This document shows positions 9,676 to 19,161 of a stretch of 64,000 nucleotides of DNA, one piece after another. Origin of the DNA: an uncultured virus (IMG/VR IMGVR_UViG_3300028586_000757) (Duplodnaviria; Heunggongvirae; Uroviricota; Caudoviricetes); IMG/VR virus record IMGVR_UViG_3300028586_000757. The stretch is one strand, 5' to 3'. Numbering within the stretch: position 1 is the first letter of the stretch; every line of letters begins with the position of its first letter. A model generated the notes under the pieces. The model searched no databases and had not been told where the DNA came from. It was given only the letters and a program-made list of their open reading frames with translations. The position numbers and the translations under genes were made by a program.

Positions 9676-10980
9676 TTACTTGGTGAGCTTCAGCACTTCC
9701 GTGCCTTCGCCATTCCTCAGACTGACGCGGTGAGTGCCCGCAGCACTATGCAATCGCTTGGCCAGGGCGACACCTTCCGTCAAGAATTCTACGTTGACGG
9801 GAGCGCCACCATTTACGACGACGTCAAACGGAGCGTGATTGTTTTCGTCCTCTTCCTCGACATCGACAACGGCATGGCAACCAGTACCATCCAGTCGCGC
9901 ATCCCACAGTTCAGCCAAGGCCATTCCACGGGCAGTCTCCCGATTGGGAGCAATACCCAGCCACGCGCCCAGGTAAAATGCATGCTCGTGCTCTTTGACG
10001 TAAACTTCAGCCGAATACAGCTTGGGCAGGTCGATGTTCGACTCGGCGTCGGTTTCCGTCGGCGGAGACATTACAGGTTGCGCCAAAGCGATTGTTGGCG
10101 AAAACCGTTGTTCGGTGAAGAACACGTATTCATCACCATCTGGCGACTTGAAGCAACGATGTGCCTCGCACCAGGTCAGTGAGCGCAGCTTCGCAAGAGT
10201 CACAGAATCTTCCCACTCAAGACCGTCTTCAAGGCGCCCAAGCTCGAGCACGTTGTGATGGCAATCATCTTCGGTGTCGTAGTCTCCGGCAGGCTCCGCC
10301 AACATTCCCAACACCTCCGAACTGTAATACCGCAGAGAGAAGGGCACACCGTTGATGAGCACATTGGACACTGCCTCAAACGGAACGTTTTGGATGCTCA
10401 CTGAGGATGTCGCAGCTGCTTTTGGGGCAAGCGCACGCGTCCCGTAGATGATACCCAGGTCCAGGGTGTCCTTTTGGGTAGGATGGTGCTGCCCAGAGAA
10501 CTCCGGCGTAGCAGTTTCCTGCGATGACGGAGTGGTTGGCTTACCTCGGAGTTGAGGCTGACCACGCATCAGTGCTCCAAGGATGGCGCCCATTACCAGC
10601 TGGGGGTCTTCTTGCCACTCGTCAGACACCCAGTATGCGACTTCACGGCCCAGGGGGTCGCAAACGCGAACGTAGTCGACCAAGTCTCCTTCGGCACCAT
10701 AGCGGAGTTCAAAACCCGTATGAACGACCGCGGCGCATTCTGCACCATAGTCGTTTCCCTCGTTGTGCTCGATATGGCTCAGCTCGAAATCGGCCAGCTG
10801 TTCGTTTAGTGCTTCCGGACTTGTCGCTCGCGCCATCGAGTTCCAGTCTTTGAAACCAGAGAGAACTGCAATTGCGTCGAGTGCTTTACCATGTCCCAGC
10901 TCGATTCCGGACTTTGCCAGGAACTTCTCCAAGGCACGTGCCGATTTTTTGGCGGTCTTGGCGTTATTGATGTGCAGCAT
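9676..10980 (-). CDS. Protein with N-terminal PF20066 ('glyoxalase superfamily')-like small domain and unknown C-terminus
   Basis: AKKSARALEKFL...LGHGKALDAIAVLSGFKDWNSM; AAGGA RBS. Confidence 0.7.
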   Translation of the reverse strand: MLHINNAKTAKKSARALEKFLAKSGIELGHGKALDAIAVLSGFKDWNSMARATSPEALNEQLADFELSHIEHNEGNDYGAECAAVVHTGFELRYGAEGDLVDYVRVCDPLGREVAYWVSDEWQEDPQLVMGAILGALMRGQPQLRGKPTTPSSQETATPEFSGQHHPTQKDTLDLGIIYGTRALAPKAAATSSVSIQNVPFEAVSNVLINGVPFSLRYYSSEVLGMLAEPAGDYDTEDDCHHNVLELGRLEDGLEWEDSVTLAKLRSLTWCEAHRCFKSPDGDEYVFFTEQRFSPTIALAQPVMSPPTETDAESNIDLPKLYSAEVYVKEHEHAFYLGAWLGIAPNRETARGMALAELWDARLDGTGCHAVVDVEEEDENNHAPFDVVVNGGAPVNVEFLTEGVALAKRLHSAAGTHRVSLRNGEGTEVLKLTK

Positions 10981-11249
10981 AGCTGTTTTCCTTTTCGTGA
11001 ACATTGCGCAAGGCGCTGTATCACGTTCAATTCGTGTCGATTGCCTGCTTTACCGTAGCGCCTTGCGATGTACACAAGGTTCAGCTTGGGGTTGTCCTAC
11101 AAGGTTCTGCTTAATTCACCGTCTCCCACATGGGAGGCAGGCGGCTGGCGGCAGAGTGCGCCATGAACAGTCTAGTGACACGATATCGACAAGAAAAAGC
11201 CAAACTCCCTATACAGCAGGAGTACTCAACGACTTCTAAGGAAATGCAT

Positions 11250-11528
11250 ATGCAAGGAAACTATCTCATCCTGAAACAAGGAAAGTCCAATGTCCCGTTC
11301 ATCTTGCCTCCAGAGATGGAGCACAAAGAGGCACTGCAAACGTTCAAGCTGAATGTGAAAGATGTGGTTAGTGCGGGCACCTTTACGTACGACCCGCATT
11401 TCTCGTTGGGCGGATTCTCGTTCCGATGCACCACCGTCAACCTTGGACAGGAAGGCGGTGCGCGGCTGTTTGGTCGCGGTGACCACGATGCCTGCCGTCT
11501 GCGTGACAGCTTCCAGCGCAAGAATTGA
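11250..11528 (+). CDS. Small hypothetical (phage-like) protein
   Basis: AAGGA RBS; PFILP...H...VVSAG.F pattern; terminator at ~11535-11564. Confidence 0.6.
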   Translation: MQGNYLILKQGKSNVPFILPPEMEHKEALQTFKLNVKDVVSAGTFTYDPHFSLGGFSFRCTTVNLGQEGGARLFGRGDHDACRLRDSFQRKN

Positions 11529-11877
11529 TTCTAAGGCTGCCCAATGCCGGGCAGTCTTTTTTTTCGCCGATTGTTTTTCGAGCGCACAAAAGCAAACGCC
11601 CCGTTGAAGTTCAACAGGGCGCAGCTTCCCAAGCACAGTAGAAAGGTTCTTAGCTGTTTGCGTCACATTTCGTTTCGTTCACAGCATGGAAACCATTATA
11701 CAAGACGTTTTTCGGACCCGTCAAATAATGCTTGACACAGATTTGAAAATGTTTGCGCTTTTTTAGAAACGCATAGAAAAATCCGGGGGTTGAGTAACAT
11801 CTGTGCAACACATTGCACACATTCAGACATTTTTTAAGCTGTGGGTTGCAATTTAAGATACGAGGGCTATTCGAGGG

Positions 11878-13044
11878 ATGCGAATCCCTCTCTCACTCCA
11901 AAAAGCTGCAGTAAGCCTGTTCTTGCTCGCCTCCGTAACTGCGTCCGCCGCGACCCAACCGTATGTGGCTGAGCTAGGTCCGTACTCGGCGACTCACCGA
12001 GATGCAGAAATCGTGTCTCCAAAATCTGTGCTCTATCACCCAAACGGAAAGAAGTTCTACATCAATGCACTCGAGGCCGGTAAGACGCTGGTGTATGACG
12101 CACGCACGCTATCCAAGCTTGGGACAATTTCTCACATGTTCTCCAGTCACACTGACCTGTTGCCCGCCGCCGGTGCAGGGAAAGGGTTTTTCGGGAAGCC
12201 GGTGGAAGGTTGGTTCACACACGAGGGCCGATACTTGTGGGTGACGTATTACCGCTGGAGTGATGATGCATCAGCAACTCGTGCTTCAGGCTTTACCGTA
12301 ATTGATACTTCCACTGACAAGGTCGTGCGAGCCTACCCGACCGGGAACATCCCAAAGTTCGTGACTGCTAACGCCGACAGCACAGAGTTGGCTGTCACGT
12401 TGTGGGGCGAAAACCGTATTGAACTCTATAACATCCAGGACCCCACGCGTGCGACCAAGACCGCAGACATCGCGGTGGGTCCTAAGGTTTCCGCTGCACC
12501 GGGCAGTAACCGGGATGCCAGCTGTGGGATGTGCTTGCGCGGAACCGCGTATATCCCAGGTACGTCCTGGATTGCTGTAGCGCGGATGAGCGCAGGCGGT
12601 GGCTTATCAATCGTGGATGCACAGACCAAAAAGGTACTCGTAGACTGGCCACGCATGCCCGCTACTCCACGGCACTTGCAAGTGTACGGTGACGCGCTCT
12701 ACATGAGCGCTAATGTCTCGGGCACTGTGGCTCGCATCTCAATTCCGGAGATTAAGCGAGCAGTGGCCGAGCACCGCACGCCTGCTGTGCAATCTCGCAA
12801 GATTGGCGCCGGCGCACGCACACTGAAGATACATGACGGTCAAGTCTATGTGGCGCTTAACGAGTCGCGCAAAGTAGCGGTGCTGCCACTGGACTTCAGC
12901 TCAGTGAAGTATCTCGAAGCCCCTGCGTTCCCAGTTGGACTCGATGTGCGCGCTGGCCGGCTCGTCGTGACGTCTCAGGGACATCACGGGCAGGGAGGTC
13001 ATCGTGTATGGGTTTACGACCTGGACACTCCAACTGCACGGTAA
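11878..13044 (+). CDS. Secreted YncE/YVTN-like beta-propeller protein
   Basis: Signal peptide (ASA-A); repeated blades such as VIDTSTDKVVRAYPTGNIP. Confidence 0.75.
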   Translation: MRIPLSLQKAAVSLFLLASVTASAATQPYVAELGPYSATHRDAEIVSPKSVLYHPNGKKFYINALEAGKTLVYDARTLSKLGTISHMFSSHTDLLPAAGAGKGFFGKPVEGWFTHEGRYLWVTYYRWSDDASATRASGFTVIDTSTDKVVRAYPTGNIPKFVTANADSTELAVTLWGENRIELYNIQDPTRATKTADIAVGPKVSAAPGSNRDASCGMCLRGTAYIPGTSWIAVARMSAGGGLSIVDAQTKKVLVDWPRMPATPRHLQVYGDALYMSANVSGTVARISIPEIKRAVAEHRTPAVQSRKIGAGARTLKIHDGQVYVALNESRKVAVLPLDFSSVKYLEAPAFPVGLDVRAGRLVVTSQGHHGQGGHRVWVYDLDTPTAR

Positions 13045-13086
13045 CGTTCTGCGTCACTTACCAAAGTACGCGGACGGCTAAATTAC

Positions 13087-14301
13087 ATGCCTTTACGGGA
13101 AATGAATCCGCCCCTTCATAAATACCCGCCTTTGGAACAAGACTCCACCACCCTTGCGTACGCAGCACAGCTGCTATGCCGCGGCAAGGGCTCTCGCGTT
13201 GTCGATGACATCTTCACTGCTGTGCTCACACGCACGCTATCTCGTGGCGACCCGGACGAATCGGCTATCTTGCAAGCTGCAGCACACACGTTGTCCGACC
13301 GTCAGGACGATGATGCCTTGCACTGGCTTATGCACGAAATCGAGATGGAATGCGAATTGCAGCACCTGCCTGAACCTGCTTCTGGTAAGCACAAGGCCTG
13401 CGTGCTGTTCTCAATTCCAGTTGTGGCGCCGGCCGACAAAGAACTTCCCGCGTCACTGTTCGTCAACCACGCCTTTGAGAGTATGCATGCCATACTAGAG
13501 GAGGCGCAGCTTTTCGATGAGCAGGCCGTATTCAAGCTGGTCCCTCGGCTGCTCACTCCAGAAGACTTGCGCGGTCGCTCCAAGACGTCGCTTCGTAGTC
13601 TTACACGAAGCCTAGGCACGCAGCTGCTCGCTGACCGAAACACAGTGCTCGAGCTGCCGGCGGACTTCTATGCCGAAACTCCACCCCGTATCGACGACCT
13701 GTCCCAATACGAGTACGCGCAGCTACGATATTTAGTGGGCGTTGTAGCGGTCGACGACGAGTTCCTGGATACTGTCTTTCCTGAGCTGTCGCAGCCGGTC
13801 GGGGATGTCGCAGACGAGGGAGAGGCGAGTGATACGCCGGGAGCAGAAGCGGGTTGGCTTTCCAATGGTAGCTGGTGGTCCCATCCGTTCTGCGAAAAGC
13901 TTGCTGAATGTCTCTCATGGATGGAAGCGGAGCTCAGCTGCTGTCCACCCGCGGGCTTCCACGACGATGCTCGGCTGGGGCTAACGCTATTGCGAGAGCA
14001 GGATGCACGACTGCAGTTCGGAATCGCTATCGCAGCGAGCTCCTTGACGGGTGTTGAAATGGTTGTCGAAGAATGGCCCTTGTCGACGCCTTCCGGACAA
14101 GTGGTCGGTGTAGCCGTATATCTGGTCGACGCTCAGGAACCAGAACGAGTCTATGCCGCGGTGAGCTGGTCAATGTTTCACCATGAAACGCTGGATGATG
14201 CCATCGACGAGTTGCACGGCATGCTGACCGACCTCGAACTAGCCGCAGCCGATGAAACTCTTTCGTGCGACTCAGGCTCAGTGAGCTACCTGCTGCACTA
14301 A
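13087..14301 (+). CDS. Acidic hypothetical protein, N-terminus reminiscent of DUF2863
   Basis: 404-aa ORF; GSRVVD...L.AA...L...E...LF..PV pattern. Confidence 0.55.
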   Translation: MPLREMNPPLHKYPPLEQDSTTLAYAAQLLCRGKGSRVVDDIFTAVLTRTLSRGDPDESAILQAAAHTLSDRQDDDALHWLMHEIEMECELQHLPEPASGKHKACVLFSIPVVAPADKELPASLFVNHAFESMHAILEEAQLFDEQAVFKLVPRLLTPEDLRGRSKTSLRSLTRSLGTQLLADRNTVLELPADFYAETPPRIDDLSQYEYAQLRYLVGVVAVDDEFLDTVFPELSQPVGDVADEGEASDTPGAEAGWLSNGSWWSHPFCEKLAECLSWMEAELSCCPPAGFHDDARLGLTLLREQDARLQFGIAIAASSLTGVEMVVEEWPLSTPSGQVVGVAVYLVDAQEPERVYAAVSWSMFHHETLDDAIDELHGMLTDLELAAADETLSCDSGSVSYLLH

Positions 14302-14329
14302 GCTGACCAGTGGGGCTGGCGCTGTTTGT

Positions 14330-14680
14330 TCAGGACCTGAGCCCCACATCCCCTGGCAACCAGTGCTCGGGTACTTCCTCAATTCGGTGCGCTACCAATA
14401 CGTCTGCGTCGTAGTCCGGCAGCAGCCATACGGCATCCGCATCCGTGTACGCTCGACGCAAGGTCAGTGCACCTGACTCCAGCTGTTGCTGCCGAGCGTG
14501 ATTTAGTTCCACTACCAGGAAAGGCCACCGACCGCCGTCATCAGGCAGCGACACCGCTAGGTAACGCCCGTGTGGCGTGTCCAGCCACATCAAGACGGGT
14601 CCGTCGTAGTACAAAAGAACCTCATCCGGACCAAAGGGCCGAGGCTCTACGTTGAGCTCGAGGACGTCAACGATAGACAT
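14330..14680 (-). CDS. DUF6575-like protein
   Basis: EVLLYYDGP...YLA...L.SG.LTLR...WLP; AGGA RBS before ATG at 14680. Confidence 0.6.
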   Translation of the reverse strand: MSIVDVLELNVEPRPFGPDEVLLYYDGPVLMWLDTPHGRYLAVSLPDDGGRWPFLVVELNHARQQQLESGALTLRRAYTDADAVWLLPDYDADVLVAHRIEEVPEHWLPGDVGLRS

Positions 14681-14724
14681 AGTAGTGCTTCCTGTAGGTT
14701 GCGCGAGCCTGCACCGTTGCACGG

Positions 14725-15231
14725 TCACGCTATGGTTGAAATTATGCCACCAACTGTCTGCGTAATCTTTCGCGACAGAGGCGCTTGGTTCTCCGAACGC
14801 TGCATTACGCGATATGCCTCGCACGCAGCCAGGACCTGGGCTTGGTCCACACGACGTGCAGCGAGCTGATTGTCTTCCTGACTTGTCGCGAACAGGCTTG
14901 ATTTCTCGAGCTTCTTAGCGCTGTCGTTCGTGCTCAGCACCAGACTCCCAACATCCGTCTCTTTCTGCTTACTGTATAGCCCTCCACTGTCACCTATATC
15001 AGCTTTCATTGCCAACTTTTGCGCGCGCAAGTTGGAGTCCTGGAGCGACACTACCGACGCGGTGTTCGACAGCTTTTCAGGAATATGAAGAACACTCAAA
15101 ACTTTTTTAGTTGCGTGGTCGGCATATGTGCGAGCGACTTCGCCGGCAGATGTTGCAATCTGCACGTCTTGATGAACAGGCTGTCGTATGCGGGATGCGG
15201 ACGGCAAGATTACAGTTGGCATGGCAGACAT
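14725..15231 (-). CDS. Hypothetical protein
   Basis: 168-aa ORF in a co-oriented cluster. Confidence 0.5.
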   Translation of the reverse strand: MSAMPTVILPSASRIRQPVHQDVQIATSAGEVARTYADHATKKVLSVLHIPEKLSNTASVVSLQDSNLRAQKLAMKADIGDSGGLYSKQKETDVGSLVLSTNDSAKKLEKSSLFATSQEDNQLAARRVDQAQVLAACEAYRVMQRSENQAPLSRKITQTVGGIISTIA

Positions 15232-15256
15232 AACAAAGTTTTCGACAGATGAGTGA

Positions 15257-15604
15257 TTAAGTCGGGCAGAGCTTATCTACCAGCTGCTCGACTTGTGCGG
15301 TTAGGCCACGACGGCACAACTGAGCCGTCATGGCTATCAGTGTGTGTCGACTAATCGTCTCAACGGTAATAACGGACTGCCGCTGTAGAACCGCGTCAAG
15401 GCTATGACAGATTTCCACAAAAACCTGCGTTTCAAGCAAATCCGATTGAAGCGGACGAACCAGCACGCCCAAGAACTCGTTAGCACTACAGGCTTTAACG
15501 AGTCGTGTTCGCCAATGTGTAATGAAGGGCAGCAGCTCAACGCCATAGCGGCGGAGCGCCTGAATGTCATTTCGTGGGTGGGTCATGGTGACGGGGCGTA
15601 TCAA
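15257..15604 (-). CDS. Hypothetical protein (start uncertain)
   Basis: ORF in a co-oriented cluster. Confidence 0.45.
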   Translation of the reverse strand: MIRPVTMTHPRNDIQALRRYGVELLPFITHWRTRLVKACSANEFLGVLVRPLQSDLLETQVFVEICHSLDAVLQRQSVITVETISRHTLIAMTAQLCRRGLTAQVEQLVDKLCPT

Positions 15605-15697
15605 AAGTGAAGTAGGTCACAGCGCCCCGGCAGCAGTCGTGTGGAGCACTTAGCTATATCTAAGTGAGTGCATCACATTTATCCTAAGGAGGTCATT

Positions 15698-16171
15698 ATG
15701 CGTATTCCGTTTACTGCTGCTATCAGTCTCATCATCGTCGGCTTCTTCCGTTTGCTTGGATGGCTGGTTTCCGATGCCCCACTGGCATTGGGCACGCTCT
15801 TCCAATCAGAACCAGGGGTGACCTGGTTTGTATGCATGGTCCCCGCCGTGCTGGGCTGCGTGGCGCTGTGGCGGCTCTTCAAGCTGATGGAGCGGCCAGC
15901 GATGATGCTCACCCTCGCACAGGGCGCCTCGGCGTTAGCGCACCATCACAAAGAGCGTCAAGCAGCAGTGCAGGCAACGGCGTGCTATGCGGTCTCAGCG
16001 CTGCTACTGTCGATGATGAAGGCAGGACAACCCGACATGCCGGCTTCGGTCACCTGCAGTGCCGTGTTCGTGTACTGCTCGTTCGTCATTTCCAGTGCAC
16101 TGCTCGTCTTGGCAGTGTCGCGCGTGCGTAAAGTCACCAGGTACGTCGAACGTAACCCGATTTTTGGTTGA
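15698..16171 (+). CDS. Membrane protein (about 4 TM)
   Basis: TAAGGAGG RBS; hydrophobic segments; terminator at ~16191-16219. Confidence 0.75.
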   Translation: MRIPFTAAISLIIVGFFRLLGWLVSDAPLALGTLFQSEPGVTWFVCMVPAVLGCVALWRLFKLMERPAMMLTLAQGASALAHHHKERQAAVQATACYAVSALLLSMMKAGQPDMPASVTCSAVFVYCSFVISSALLVLAVSRVRKVTRYVERNPIFG

Positions 16172-16290
16172 TTCAAACAACCCCTGTTCCAAGCGCCTCC
16201 TCAGTGAGGCGCTTTTTTTATGGTTGACAGGTGTGACCTGTTGAACACCGGTGCCTATACAAGGTAGGTCAACTATTAGGAACTACCATC

Positions 16291-17103
16291 ATGGTCCGTT
16301 CGTTCTTCAAAGGTATTCTGCTGCTGTGTTTCGTTGTGTTCGCTTTCGTGCAGTTTTCTGCACAAGCCGCTGAAGTGGTCAATCTCGACACTGACGCACG
16401 CTTTAGCGACGATGTCGCCAACGCTGGTATGTATCATCCCGATGCGTTCCAGCATGCCGGTGTGTATCTCACCCAACCGGTCTCTCCCACCAAAGAAGTT
16501 GTGGTCTTCGTGCACGGCGCGAAGGGTCACCCTGGCAACTTCCGTGACATCGTTCGGGCACTCGATTCCAGCCGCTACCAAGCCTGGGTGGTCTACTACC
16601 CATCGGGCAGCCGTATGGCTGACACCAGTGCGATGCTTGCACAGGAAGTCAGCGAGCTGGCACGTGCACATGGCATCTCCCGTGTCCAAGTGTTCGCGCA
16701 CAGCATGGGTGGCCTGGTTGCATGGGAAATGACGCAGAAACTGCGCCATTCCATGGAAGTGAACGACATCGTAACCGTGGCTACGCCATGGAACGGTCAC
16801 TGGGCCTCGCGCCTGGGTGTCATGCTCTCGCTGAATCCAGTACCAAGCTGGTCGGACCTTGTTCCCGACAACGACAAGCTTCGGAAAATCTGGACAGACA
16901 AGGACCGTCCTCAGCACAAGCTCGTATTTGCGCTCACGCGTGACGACGACAGTGCTTCGGGTGACGGCACCATCAGCAAAGACAGTCAACTCTCTGGCGC
17001 GATGGTTGCGCAAGCAGATGAGGTCATCAAGCTTATCGGGACTCACACCTCGGTTCTTCACGAAGAATCTTCGGTTCGCGCTCTCGTAGCTCTTCTGAAC
17101 TGA
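16291..17103 (+). CDS. Secreted alpha/beta hydrolase (esterase/lipase-like)
   Basis: VVFVHG, AHSMGG nucleophile elbow, TVATPWNG, GDGTI, H; signal peptide. Confidence 0.85.
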   Translation: MVRSFFKGILLLCFVVFAFVQFSAQAAEVVNLDTDARFSDDVANAGMYHPDAFQHAGVYLTQPVSPTKEVVVFVHGAKGHPGNFRDIVRALDSSRYQAWVVYYPSGSRMADTSAMLAQEVSELARAHGISRVQVFAHSMGGLVAWEMTQKLRHSMEVNDIVTVATPWNGHWASRLGVMLSLNPVPSWSDLVPDNDKLRKIWTDKDRPQHKLVFALTRDDDSASGDGTISKDSQLSGAMVAQADEVIKLIGTHTSVLHEESSVRALVALLN

Positions 17104-17420
17104 TTCAAAGCCCGCACTCTGTGCGGGCTTTTCTTATTCCAGCAGCCTTAACTGAAGGCGGTTCGTGTCCTTACCACGCAGTGCCTGCGTAAGGACCTCG
17201 AGAAGGACGCCAGACTCGTTCGAGATAGGGTGCTAACTGTGTGAGAAGGGCAACCTGCCCCGGTCAGCCAGCAGAACACCATCCTTACCACGAGAAACTC
17301 GAGGGCCCTACGTGTCGTGTGCAGCGCGGTGCGCAGAGTCTGAGCAATAGCCTGCACGAACTGTGTGCAAGACAGGGGAGAGCATGCGGCCGCCGTCGGG
17401 CAAGGTTGGTTCTGGATGTG

Positions 17421-17600
17421 CTGTTTACTTACCTGTTAATTTCCTGTTTAACAGGGGAATTTACGGCTCAAATGAAGGTTAATTTTGTTTATTAACAGGG
17501 GATTCATTTCGTAAGTTATTGATTTCTATTAACATTTTCAATGTTACTTTCATTCCGAGCTAACTCTCATTATCGTAAATTATTCGCCTCGCTCGTCGCG
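17421..17600. other. AT-rich segment with TTAACAGG direct/inverted repeats (candidate unwinding or initiator-binding element)
   Basis: CCTGTTAA 17432-17439, CCTGTTTAACAGG 17443-17455, TTAACAGGGGA 17492-17502; visibly AT-rich compared with flanks. Confidence 0.55.
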
Positions 17601-17651
17601 CGGCCTCTTCGCTTTGCTTCGGCCCGAGGGCCTCAGCGCTCAGAGCGACCT

Positions 17652-18187
17652 TGCAGGTCTGGTACGTCCGCACAAAAAGCCCGTTTTGCCCGGGCCATTA
17701 GCCTGGCGCCTACCCCGTCTCACGGCGTTCGACGGCGGTAAGAGCACGGGGCGTCGGCCGGGGGCAGACGGCCCGCGAGCGGGCCTTGGTTTGAGCGCGA
17801 GGGCGCCGGCAGTCGTAGGAGCACGGAGCGTCGGGGCAGGGTGGGAGCCGCGCAGGGCTGCTGCATGTCGACGGTCTGGGAGAGCATTGCAAGCAAAGCA
17901 GGGGCCTTCGGGGCGGGGAACGAGCTCGGGGTTTCTGGGCGCCGGCAGGCGTGAGGGAGCTCCCGTGGGGGTCGAAAGCGCCGCATTGTTGTGCAGGTCT
18001 GATGCGCTCCTCCCGTTGGGCCGAAGGTCCACGGGTAATAGTTTGGCCCCTACCCCGTGGCACGCCGTCTTGAAAAAAGATGTTCTATGCAGGTAGAAGT
18101 TGTTCTTGTTATGCAGGTCTGGTGCGCTCGAGCCCAAAGCCCGGAAGCCCTGCGGGGCAAGAGTGTGCGCTACCCCGTCTCACGGCG
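17652..18187 (+). repeat. Three bipartite units TGCAGGTCTGRTRCG-N43-CTACCCCGTNNCACGSCG
   Basis: Left boxes start at 17652, 17992, 18112; right boxes at 17710, 18050, 18170 (offset 58 each time). Confidence 0.85.
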
Positions 18188-18228
18188 GGCAGGCAATGCT
18201 GAGAACAAAACGAAGGGGCGCATAGCGT

Positions 18229-19008
18229 CTCTTGGCGCTCTCTTGTCCGCAGGTCTGACGCAAGGGTAGAAGTGTGAGGAGGGCGGGACCTCGCAGGGCG
18301 CTTAAGCCTGGCGGGAGCCTTTAAGCGCGCACGGCGGGTAGAAGGCGGGCCTACGTTCTCTTGGCGCTCTCCTGTATCTGAAGACAGGGCGGCTTTCGCG
18401 GGTCTTGTACGCATTGCCGGAGGCTTTACGGCATGCTTGCGCTCTACGGCTGCCGCAGCGGAAAAAGTGACCGAGCGCTCACAATTGGGGCAAGCTACCG
18501 GGCTCTTCGGACCGAATATGACCGAGCGCTCACATTTCTGAGCTCGCCTTACGGCCTCTTGGCGCTCTCCCGTTGGGTAAGACTATTCGGCACTACGCGG
18601 AGCTGTCTCTTGGCGCTCTCCTATGTTTGGGTACAAAGACGAAATGCTTTTGGGATTCCCTGCGGGCCTTGTATGGGTTGCCGCAGGCTTATCGGTTGCT
18701 GGCGCTTCTTGGCGCTCTCCTGGCGATACAGCCGTCAGGCGTGGGGCGGTCCTGGGGCACGCGGGGCTGGCCTTGGTCTCTTGGCGCTCTCCTGTATCTG
18801 GACACGACTCAGGCTCTTGGCGCTCTCCTGTTGCTACGTCGCCTCGTGTCTCAACACCCTCTTGGCGCTCTCCTGCACTTGAGCTTTGCTATGGGGCTAC
18901 TCCCTCTTGGCGCTCTCCTGCCTTTGTGCTTCTAGTGGGGGCCTAAGGCTCTTGGCGCTCTCCTGTATTCATAGCGTGCGGAGCTCTCACTGTTTCTTGG
19001 CGCTCTCC
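18229..19008 (+). repeat. Array of 11 direct repeats YTCTTGGCGCTCTC(C) with unique spacers (iteron/centromere-like)
   Basis: Starts at 18229, 18358, 18556, 18607, 18706, 18778, 18814, 18859, 18904, 18949, 18994; last five at a 45-bp period. Confidence 0.9.
18468..18534 (+). repeat. Direct repeat pair TGACCGAGCGCTCACA
   Basis: Identical 16-mers at 18468-18483 and 18519-18534. Confidence 0.85.
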
Positions 19009-19161
19009 GGCTGGAACATCTTTCCCTTGGGGAGATGCAGCCCTGTCTTATGAAGGCGGAGGTTACTTGCCAGGGATTTCTTGGGAAAAAGTTTCTTTGG
19101 GGGGCAGGGGGCGTTTGTATAGGTTGGCGTTTCTACAGGTGAGCACATATGTGATGGAGGC

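Noticed and set aside
18474..18486. lac operator or vector contamination (GAGCGCTCACAATT)
   Set aside because: Only half of the symmetric lacO matches, it is part of a local direct repeat, and no vector sequence surrounds it.
17148..18946. ORFs called across the repeat block (e.g. 17614-18096, 17640-18137, 18433-18882, 18573-18935)
   Set aside because: They are translations of DNA repeats (LLALS/SWRSP/LGALL in three frames) with no RBS and implausible composition.
18229..19008. Canonical CRISPR array
   Set aside because: The repeat is only 15-17 nt and non-palindromic, spacing is irregular in the left half, a copy sits inside a CDS, and no cas genes are visible in the window.
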